A DNA stretch of 64,000 bases, from NCBI GenBank assembly GCA_020891255.1, contig BQFW01000015.1:1364001-1428000 (forward strand). Reading direction: 5' to 3'. Both the position numbers and the translations under genes were made by a program. Positions 35,535 through 45,529 of this stretch are shown piece after piece (the stretch's first letter is position 1; every line of letters begins with the position of its first letter). The notes beneath the pieces were generated by a model, which searched no databases, was not told where the DNA came from, and saw nothing but the letters and a program-made list of their open reading frames with translations. The DNA is from Entomortierella parvispora E1425 (Eukaryota > Fungi > Mortierellomycota).

Positions 35535-37214
35535 ATGTCGAGCTCCATCTCCATCTTCGAGATCCCGCTCCTGCTCAAACTTATCTGTGAGAACCTCGAT
35601 CCGGAAGCCATCTTTGCCTGTCGACGCGTTTGCAGGACCTGGGATGTCCTGTTTTCGCCGTACGAGTGGCAGTCGGTCAAGATCGTCACCGCCACAGCGT
35701 ATTCTTGCGAGTTACCCGACGACGAAGACTTTATTCCTCTGCACCAGAATGCCAGGCTCGTCCGGAGACTGATCCTAGACAACACGAGGCTTTTTGAACC
35801 TCTGCTCAATCCCTGTACCTCTTGGATATCACTCGTTTCGAAAACAACGGAACAGCGACAGGATGGCACCGCTCCAAAATCGACAGAAACCCATGACTTT
35901 GTCCGCTTGCTCTCTCTGACCTGTGACATGGTTCACCGCGCAGATGGAGACCAGGATTGGGCTTTCAAGGATCATCCGACTCTCCTGCCTGCCCTAATCC
36001 AACAAAACCTAGGACTGCTGCACTTGCACTTATCAAAGCTGGATACGAGCAATGCAGACTACAATGAAGTGCTCTTCAAGGCCATTGGCCAGCATCCATC
36101 CTTGACCTGTCTCCTGTACGCTATTAGTCCGGACAACACTGAAATACCCAGAGCGGTAATCCAGCAAATGCTTGGATGGCTGCCAGAGTCTCTTCAAACC
36201 CTTCGTATCACCACTGTCGAACCACCGTTGTTGACTGAGGACGTCCGTACGAATGAAGGAACGGTGGCAATGCATTGTCGTCCGACGAGGCTGCAGACAC
36301 TTGATCTGAATCTTGAATTCCGAGGGTGCGAGGAAACACTCTTATTTCCAATCCTCCAGAATTGTCCACAGCTGACCAGCTTTTGCCTCGGAGACATCAA
36401 TGACGATATGGTACAGCCTTTGGCCAAGCTCTTAAAAGAGCATTGTCCGAAACTCGTGGAGTTGAACTTTTACTGGGATAGCCTGGATCACTGGGCTGTA
36501 TCGGATTTGATACTGCAGGGAACAGCTAAGAACCAGTTGCGATCTCTCGGTCTGAATGGATGGTCCTCTATGGTCGAAAATCCATTCAATGAAGAGTTCT
36601 TTGATATCCTACACTCGGTCTTGGATCACTGTGGTCCTATGCTCCAAGCTCTCTCTATCCGCGAGGGACTCCGAATCAGCCATGACCACTATTCAGAGAT
36701 TTTATGGAAATGCCCCCAGCTGAAAGAACTGACGCTGGCCAGACCCGAGGATCCTTTCGGGAGGTGTTACCGAGCAGGTCTCGACTGCACCACGCTTCAA
36801 TTATTGGCGAGTCGACCATGGGTGTGTGCGCAGCTGGAGGTTTTACAATTGACTGCCGTTATCGATTATCCTAAGCACCCTTTCGATGGAGAAAAAAGCT
36901 TAGAATCTGGCAGGTCCCAGGAGCTGGCCACGTTTATACAACATCTAGGCCAGCTAAAATGTCTGCGAGAGATTCATCTCGGGTGGATGAGCTTTGACAA
37001 CGGCCCACCCCCTTTCTTTCAGGCAATAGAGCCTTTTTGGGACTCTCTTGCACAGTTGTCTCGACTCGAAAAGTTCTTGGTGCGATCCTACGATATGGAG
37101 TCAGGTTTACCAGAGGAAGATCAACCTTTTAAAAAGCAAGATCGAATCGAGTGGATTAAAGAGCATTGGCCACGCCTTGTGGAGATCCAAGAGCTCCATA
37201 TCAGCGACGAATGA
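35535..37214 (+). CDS. F-box protein with degenerate LRRs, Mortierellaceae-type expanded family (about 559 aa)
   Basis: IFEIPLLLKLICENLDPEAIFACRRVCRTW F-box; LxxLxL repeats; RPWVCAQLEVL; C-terminal WIKEHWPRL. Confidence 0.85.
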   Translation: MSSSISIFEIPLLLKLICENLDPEAIFACRRVCRTWDVLFSPYEWQSVKIVTATAYSCELPDDEDFIPLHQNARLVRRLILDNTRLFEPLLNPCTSWISLVSKTTEQRQDGTAPKSTETHDFVRLLSLTCDMVHRADGDQDWAFKDHPTLLPALIQQNLGLLHLHLSKLDTSNADYNEVLFKAIGQHPSLTCLLYAISPDNTEIPRAVIQQMLGWLPESLQTLRITTVEPPLLTEDVRTNEGTVAMHCRPTRLQTLDLNLEFRGCEETLLFPILQNCPQLTSFCLGDINDDMVQPLAKLLKEHCPKLVELNFYWDSLDHWAVSDLILQGTAKNQLRSLGLNGWSSMVENPFNEEFFDILHSVLDHCGPMLQALSIREGLRISHDHYSEILWKCPQLKELTLARPEDPFGRCYRAGLDCTTLQLLASRPWVCAQLEVLQLTAVIDYPKHPFDGEKSLESGRSQELATFIQHLGQLKCLREIHLGWMSFDNGPPPFFQAIEPFWDSLAQLSRLEKFLVRSYDMESGLPEEDQPFKKQDRIEWIKEHWPRLVEIQELHISDE

Positions 37215-37428
37215 GCCCACCTTACTTCCGTGATGGTGTTGTAATCAATGTCGTCTGAGAAAAATCGAACAATCTCTGTAACGTTTGGTGTGGCCCTATA
37301 CCATTGATGTCTCCTTTTATTGCACAAACTCTTTGCATCGCAAGATGTGGTTCACAGAAGACGTGGAGATTCAGGAAGAGAAAAAAAAAATAAAAGAATT
37401 GAAATTTACACAAAAAAATGGACGACTC

Positions 37429-38218
37429 TTAGAATCCGTGCAGCTTGATCTGCTTCTTGTCGATGCCGCCCTCGGAGGTCAAAAGGGTCAAGACCTTAGT
37501 ACGCTGATCGCCTTGGAGCTGAATAACCGAGCCCAACTCTTCATCCTCTACCAAGGTGCCGTTGCAAGCGAAGTCCTTCTTGAAGATCTTGAGCATGCGC
37601 TTCTTGTCAAAGTTTGAAGGCAGTCCCTGGATGGTGGTCAAAGTCTTGCGTCCGTTACGCTGCTGGATACGAATATCTATAATGAGGAGAAAGCAAGGAA
37701 ATAGAAAGCCATTTGCTTGTGAGTCACCTACGCCATATGAAGAGAGGGGGCAAAGCAGGAGAAAGGCGACGAAAGGAGGGTGGACAGACAAGGATAGCGG
37801 AGCACAAGTGGCACAACTGCGAGTTACAATAACAGAGCGTCATTGCCCTGTTGTCGCTACGTGCTGCAGTCCTTTCCGCAGGGTGCGTCAGCGTCTGCCC
37901 GAGCTCTGTCTGCCCGAGCTCTGTCGGAGAACCACAGCAACATGCGGCATTTCCGCACCACTAGTCATCGCGACGCGGAGAAATGAGAACAGAAGGGAGG
38001 CAATTGTGTGTAATGCACATACGGATATAGCCTTGTTGATCGCCGGTGTCTCCTGAATCGCCAAGATCGGCAAAAGGATCTAGAGAGAAGGACAATGGAC
38101 AAGTCTGTGTCAGCCTTATGGAGTCCTTAAGACGAGGAAGGCATTGCCCCGCAGTAAGCAAGGCGCCCAGTTGGCTGAGGTGCTTACCGTAGGATTGAAG
38201 GTTTTGAATATCGGACAT
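37429..38218 (-). CDS. SUI1: Translation initiation factor eIF1 (111 aa)
   Basis: Exons 38218-38188, 38079-38023 and 37676-37429 give MSDIQNLQSYDPFAD...YIHIRIQQRNGRKTLTTIQG...FACNGT...IQLQGDQR...IKLHGF. Confidence 0.95.
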
Positions 38219-38511
38219 GCGGTGGGTCTGGGTGATGATAATCCGAAGAGAATGGATTAGAGGGTAGAGAGTGAGAGTAAGAGTGGACGAGTAATGGAGG
38301 GGGAAAGAGCAAGAGGCGGGTGATGGGATGATGAAGAAAGATTGAGAGACTTTTGGCGAAGTGACCTCCAGCTCCAAGGACCACCAGACCGTCACGTGCA
38401 CAGGAGCGACGGTGCACGATACATTCCACAGATGTGGCATCTTCATCCTGCTTGTCCCTTTCCTCCCTTTCCTCCACATCCCCATCCCTCTTATCAACTG
38501 TAATCTCCCCC

Positions 38512-41500
38512 ATGGAAGACCTACTGGGCCTCTCCTGGGATCCCAAGTCGACGCAGCAGACGCGTCCAGGCGGAGCAGGACTTGGACCTGGAGCAAGCGC
38601 TGGCACCGGACACAAGGCGACGCCGCCACCTCCCGTCAAGAAGCCAGCGCATCTGCAGATGGGCCTCAGCAAGGGCGGACTCGTGCCCACGCCCGCAACA
38701 TCTTCTTCCTTCTCCACATCCTCTACTGGGTTCACTTCATCACCACAGCAGCAGCCATTTCGTGGCACTCTCGCTTCATCCCCTGCTTCGTCCTCCATCC
38801 AGTCAAAAAAGACCGCAGACGACGTCTTTGGCTCGTTGATGTCCAATTTTGGCCAGAACTCCGCAGGATCAGATCTCTCAAAGTCTCTTAGCTCTATGAC
38901 TTTGGAGGAACGCCGTCGTAATGACCAGCAACAACAACAGCAGCAATACATGGGCTCAATGGGTCGATCCACCCCGGCTTCTTCATCTGGATATTCGAGT
39001 CCTGCCCTGTCGTCTGCTTCGTCGTCCTCCTTCTCAGTGGGGGGCATCAACGGGGGCTCTGCCTCGACTATCTCCCAACCGACTGCGTCTCGTCCAGTGG
39101 CCTTTGGCAGTCAGACAAACACTGGATTGAGCGGATCTTTTGCGGCATCATCCTCATCATCGCCAACACCGCCCAGGGGATATGATCCAGGAAAAATTGG
39201 AGGGTTCTCGCCTCTCATGCCGACATTGTCATCATCCCCACGATTGCCGCCAGTTCAATCACAGCTTCAACCTTTGCCTGGAATGACCAACCCTGGACCA
39301 CGGAACCAAACCTCAGGTTCTAGCTTTTCAAATACCACTCCTGGTGGTCTGGGGCGATCCATGTCGCCCGCCATGACACCGTTGCAGCCAGAACGATCCA
39401 ACAATGCATCACCTGCGTCTACTGTTGGGTCCAGTTCAAATTCCAAAGACCCTTTTGATATGCTCTTGGGAGATCAGGTTTCCCGGAGTAACTCCGCCCT
39501 CAAGAATCAGTCTCTGAACTCCATGTATGCTTGGGACGCTGAGCATGATTGGAACACTTGGCAGACTGATAGCGGCAACATGGTTCACTAACTGCTTATA
39601 TACCTTTCCTTATAGTCGGTATAATACCCCTCCGCTTGGCCAGTCTACATCAACACCAAAGACGACGGGAGATCCGTGGGATCTGGACTTTTTGGCAAAT
39701 GCGACCCACTCAAAGGAACCACAGGTAAAGAATGCGCTCCAGAACAGGGTTGTACAACCATTGCGACATCAATATGTAAACCATTAACTCTCTTCTATGC
39801 CTGCAACCCCCTTAGACTACAAGTAGCGATGATGTCTTTGACCTGGGAGCATTCGAAAAAGCTCCACCACTCAAGTCAGCTGGCTCGCATAATGATTCTG
39901 TAGACGCGCTGAGCTCATTCATTGGAAAGCAGCCTTCGTCTTCTGGGTCACCCGTAGCACAATCCGTTTCTTCAGCTTCTCTGAGTGAAAAGGTAAAGAC
40001 CGTGATCCATCTTCTCCGAAATGTTGGTATATTTGCATATGAAACTTTCATTAACGTTTACCTCCCAACCATAGGGATCTCGATCATCCCCAACGGGGTC
40101 ATCTCATAAAGAAGGAGATATTGCACAGATTGTGGCCATGGGGTTCTCAGCCGATAAGGCTAGATTGGCCCTGTCAATGACTGAGAATGGTCGGGATATT
40201 GGGGCCGCCATTGAGTACTTGATCCAAAACGATGAGGCTCAGGAACAACTACCATCCTCTAGGAGGCGCACGACTTCAACCCCATCTTCTGGAGAAAAGG
40301 CTCGTTCAAGGCGAGATGATGGTCCGCCAGACCTTCCAGTCCGTCCATTGGATGATGGTGAAGATAGAGCATGGCGTACAAAGCGCGGCACTCAACAATC
40401 AAATCGCGATCAGCAGCAAGAACTTTCACGGGCACAACAGCTTCAACAACAAAAGGATAAACTTGTCGGAACAGCGTCTATCTTTGGCATGTCGGTCTTG
40501 TCAAAGGCCAATGAATTCTACAAACAAGGGCGAGAGAAGGTCCAAGCAGTAATGGAGGATATAACGGCAGCACCTGAGGACTCAAAACCGCCCGGTGTCC
40601 GTCGGCATGAGTGGATCGATGACGAGCACAAGCCAAGTCGTCATGACCAATACAAAGATTCTGATTCAGAGGACGACGAAGTCTTTAAAGGACGAAGGGA
40701 GCAACAACAGCAGCAGCAACAGAGGCAACGGCAGCAGCAGCAGTCCAAGCAGCAGGAATACAGACCCCGGCATGAAAAAGAGACGTTCGAGGATGCCTAT
40801 GTATCCTCTTCCAGACGTGGTCGTGGTGCTGGATCTACTCCCAAGAGCCATACTTTGTTTTCGATGGATGAACCATCCTCCAAACTATCGGGACAGCCTT
40901 CCTCCAAGGTCTCACCATTGCCTGCATCATCTGGCTCTCGGTCAACCGCGGGCAGGGCGACCTCACCATTGCCGCCCTTCAAGCCCAAGCCCACTCGACC
41001 ACCTAGAGTCCTTATTCAAGCCAACTCCCAGCAAATAATGACATCGAATCAGTTCAAGGAGAAAGGAAACGAATCCTTCAAGCTGGGACAATTTGGCCAA
41101 GCAGCCGAATTATATGCGCGAGCTGGTCAAGCTCTACCCTCTGGCCATTTACTATTGATTGTGACTCAAAACAACCGAGCCGCCGCATTACTCAAAATTG
41201 GAGAATACCGGGAGACAGTGGCAGAATGTAACCGAACGATCGTCTGGATTCAAGGCCCTGATGGCCAGGGTGTGAACGACACATTCTTATCGCCATCAAA
41301 TGGAACAGGGGCCGAGACTGGAGTGCAACTGAAGGACCAGATGGGCAAGGCCTTGATGCGACGGGCCAATGCATATGAAAACTTGGAAAAGTTCAAAGAG
41401 GCTAAGGAGGACTGGACACGTTTGCGGGATTTGGATCCTAGCCACAAGAATGCGGTGGAAGGTCATCGTCGATGTGAGAAGGCTCTGGCCATGGTCTCTA

Positions 41501-42119
41501 GCGGAACTGTGGAGGCAAAGGCGTCATCGTCATCGCCCTCTTTGTCGCGTCCTGCTGGCAGGACCCCTTCAGCTGCCCCTCGCTCTTCTCCTATGCAGGA
41601 TCTCTTTGCCTCGAACCAGAACTCGAACAGGGATGCAAAGACGCGTGCTGAGCTGGAGCGTTCAGAAGGTGTCAGCAAGTTGAGACAGAGTGCGGCTCAG
41701 CAGGAGCAAGAGGATGACGAAAAACTGAGACTGACGGACCAAGTGGATCGCAAAATGGCATTGTGGAAGAGTGGCAAAGAGGATAATATCCGAGCTCTGA
41801 TTGCTTCTTTGGGGTCAGTTCTTTGGGAAGGTGTTGGTTGGAAAGCTGTTGGGATGCACGAATTGGTGACTCCTCAACAGGTCAAGATCAAGTACATGCG
41901 AGCAATCGGGAAGATGCACCCTGACAAGGTAAACAAAAAAAAAAAAAGTACAAGGAGGATTTCTTCAATAGTACAAGTTTTACTAACAAAGTATATCATC
42001 TGATCATGACCATCTAGCTGGGGGCATCGACAACAGTAGAGCAGCGGATGATGGCTAATACCATTTTCAGTACGCTCAATTCTGCATGGGACGCGTTCAA
42101 AGTCCAGAACAATATGTAG
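38512..42119 (+). CDS. SWA2: Auxilin-like clathrin uncoating factor, UBA + TPR + J domain (about 1084 aa)
   Basis: Exons 38512-39524, 39616-39724, 39816-39992, 40075-41928 and 42018-42119. UBA (IAQIVAMGFSADKARLAL), TPR (FKEKGNESFKLGQF...KALMRRANAYE), and J domain (WKSGKEDNIRALIASL...KIKYMRAIGKMHPDK). DPF/DPW motifs in the N-terminus. Confidence 0.9.
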
Positions 42120-43325
42120 AAAGAGCCGTACTCCGCAATGACAATAAAAAACGCGGCGCATTGATCACTTCGAGACAGGCTGGTTGTACACACGTTTCCT
42201 GGTCTACTTTTTGACTTTTATTTCTACAAGATGTAGGATTTCATGGTTGTTGAACTGTGAGTGAATGAAGGTTTATTAATGCCCTCAAGGCTCAGATTGA
42301 CCAACACCAAACAGGGGATTGTCATGGCTGCCATTGGACGGTGGTTAATTGCTGATACTGGCGACTTTATGAACAGATCCTTTCTGAGTGATGGGGTCCT
42401 CACACACTGAAAGCAAGCGACGCGTGCAAGCTCTCCCTTCGAGAAACCCTCCTTCCCCAAATTCCTGGATAAACCTTGGGGCACTTTGTTTCGATAATGT
42501 CCGACTTTTGAGGAATGAGTCGAACTCGACCAGCTGCCTTTTCGAAAGCACCTTGGGGACAACTTTTTTTTCTCCTCGAAAATGGACAAACTTTTGGGTT
42601 GGGAGAATATATCTGCTCGTAGGATAGTATGGGTAATAACGACAGAGACCACTCCTTGGACCATGTTGGCCTCTGTGGGTTGAGGCAACGATGACATCTG
42701 AGGGAACTGGATATGCCCCCTTCCTGTCCAAGAGCCATGCGCAAGATCCATTTGCTCCTCATCCACCTTGTTCGGCAAACATGCAGAATGGTTGGATACG
42801 GGAATAGGGGTTGTTTGCGCCTTGGCGGCGCGGGGCTGTGGCCTCTGTGTGTGTCTCAATTGCAAGTCGGACTCGATCAGAGCAGAGCCAAGGAAGAGAG
42901 GCTGGCTCTCTTGCTGGTGCAAGAGCGATATTGGCGATAACAGTGGCGATGGAGGAAAGAAGAAAATGAAAGGCGACAATCATCTCCATCGTTCGGCTCT
43001 CGTCCCTCCACGGGCCAAAAGTCGTCATTGGCAATTTGGGGCATTGGGTTGAGCCAGAGGGAAGAAGGAGAGAAGAGAGTTCGGCGGTGCTTGTTCGCTG
43101 CGTGGGTTGTTGTTGGTATGTCTGCCAGGCTGTTGTTGTTGAATGCCTCTCTTTTTTTTTCCTTTCCTTTCCTTTCTTTTTCTCTTTCTTCTCTTTCTTC
43201 TCTTTTTCTGCATCGAACCATCATTCTTTTCTTCTTTCTTGTCGTTTTTCATTCCCTACTTGTCGACGGCAACTCGCTCTGCATTGCTCCCTCGCTCCCT
43301 CGCTCTCTCTCCCTCCTCCATCATC

Positions 43326-45171
43326 ATGGCCCCCATTGACACCGGACTCGTCCTGGCGCAGCCCTTCTTCCTGTGCTCACTCATTCTCATTTCGGTAACA
43401 ACTCCTTCCTTTCGTCATCCTACTCCTCCTACTCCTACTCCTCTTTGTGGCAGTTACTGTCGCGACTAGACCGCGATTGTGCAGTCGGCCAACCAGTCAG
43501 TCAATCAGTCAGCTAGCCAGTCAGAGGCGCTGATTCTGCCAGGAACGAGAACTAGTACAAACGCACCAGGGTTCCACGAAAAGAAAAATACAATTGACAA
43601 ATGGACATGCACAAGCGCTCTCCCCTTCCCTTCACCCCTTTTCCCTTCATCACATCATCCAATCTTCCACTCTCCTGCAGTCAGCGGCAATGTGAACAAA
43701 AAAAAAACCGCTACACACGGAGACACACACCACATGCACCTAAGAGGGGAATGTCAGCCTGCCATCCTTCGCCACAGTTCGATATTAATAGCTCTGAACC
43801 CAAAGAGGGGGTTGCGGTCAGGCCAAACTGACAGCATGTGTCGACCTGGAAGCGAGAAACAGAAACAAATATGGTCAGCCAGGCGACCCCTTCCAAGGGC
43901 CCTGGATGGACGTGCTCAGGAGAGGGAAACAAAGAGTCAGATAGAATCAAAAAAGGGGTGGAGAATTGGAGGATATGGAGCACTTCGCTTGTCTTCTGTT
44001 TCTCCCCACACAAAACCTGATAAGGACAAGACCGGTGGTAAAGACTATCACCGGCCATCCGTTTGTCAGCTAGGATCGGAACAATGTAGACCTGAAAATA
44101 GAAGCGCAGGGTCACAAACAACAGCTCGGAACACAAGACAAAGGGTCTTCTTTTCTTGTTGACACGTCGTTTATTGTGGGGGCCCTGGTTCAACGTTGGG
44201 TGTCACATGTGCGGCTGTAGCTCGATGGTGTTTGCAAAGTCAGTCCGTCTTGGCAACAGGCCACCGATGGGGAGTGCAGCGGGTCAATTGGCGTTGGAAG
44301 AGCGTGAAGGCAGTGGTGGCAACAGAAACAACAATGCGTCATGCCGCAGCGGGATAGCTGCAGACTACGGAAACCTTCGCCGTCTAAGAGAACACTGCTA
44401 TCATGAACAAATGAGCTGACCCCCCAACCTCATTCTTGTGGTTGTATATTATAGATTGGTTGGTTCATCACCTTCATCGGTGCCTGTACCATTGGCTCAA
44501 GTGTCCGCCTGGTCTGGGTTGACATCTTTTACAACCTTTTCTTGGTCCTCGGTGTTACTCTTGCGGTCGCAACGCAGGCAGTGCGAAACTACCGCCTGGT
44601 CATCTTGACTTTCTTGGCCGGCGGTCTCTCCCTCCTGTTCATCTGCATCGATGATATGATCAACATCCATTACTCCAAGACCAGTGCCGTCGGTTCTGGA
44701 CTTATCTTCCAGTCTCTTGTCATTGTAAGCCCAAGGCCCCGGTCGATACATTTCTTTATTTCAAAGCCAATGTGCTCTAACCATCATTCCTCAATGGTTC
44801 ATAATTAGATCTTTTGGGTTGTGTTCTTTGGAGCAGAGGAAGATTCGTTGGCTAAGCGCAGCATTGACGGGTACACTATTCCCCGCACCCCTGGAGCTGC
44901 TGGACCTGCAAGCGGCATGATTGCGGCTCCTGATCAGCACCAATCGCCTTTGGAGAACCTGAGCTCTGTTGTGGTGGCACCTTCGGCAGACTATGCATAC
45001 AAGGCCCGTGCCCTGTACTCGTACGAGGCCAACCCTGAGGACAGTAACGAGCTCTCTTTCACCAAGGGCGACGTCTTGGACATTGTCGACAACAAGGGCA
45101 AGTGGTGGCAGGCTCGCAAGCAGGATGGTACCGTCGGTATTGCACCCAGCAACTATCTTCAATTGATTTAA
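43326..45171 (+). CDS. SHO1: Sho1 osmosensor, 4 TM segments + C-terminal SH3 (about 233 aa)
   Basis: Exons 43326-43394, 44455-44724 and 44809-45171. TM region IGWFITFIG...[10 protein letters not shown]...[13 protein letters not shown]; SH3 [41 protein letters not shown]...[11 protein letters not shown]. Confidence 0.9.
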
Positions 45172-45529
45172 AAGAGATGATTGAAGAAACTCACCACGAA
45201 AAAAAAAAAAAAAGTACGGCGACCGTAAGGATCATCAATGGATTGTATTGTTCATCCGTGGACGTAACGATCATTGCTGCGAGAGACAACGATCGTCCTG
45301 GCGCCATCAAAAAACACCCGACAAAAAGACACATGAGAAAAACCAAAAAAAAAAAAAAAAAACCCCCTCCCCCAGAGATCCTAACCGACCATGCCCTTCC
45401 TTGCGTTTCGGGATGCAGAACTAAGCACGGAACATATATCCATCCATCTACCCACCATTTTAATGCCCTTTTCTCCCACCGCCACCATCTACTATCCATC
45501 TCCGTTTTTATTCTTTTCTTTTTCTCCTA

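Noticed and set aside
37677-38022. Possible box C/D snoRNA in SUI1 intron 2 (GCGATGA...CTGA, with a tandem 15-16 nt duplication)
   Set aside because: The C box is non-canonical, the terminal stem is minimal, and I could not identify rRNA complementarity. Would need snoscan or Infernal.
42224-42979. 251-aa minus-strand ORF between SWA2 and SHO1
   Set aside because: No motif, splice support or promoter signal seen; treated as unsupported.
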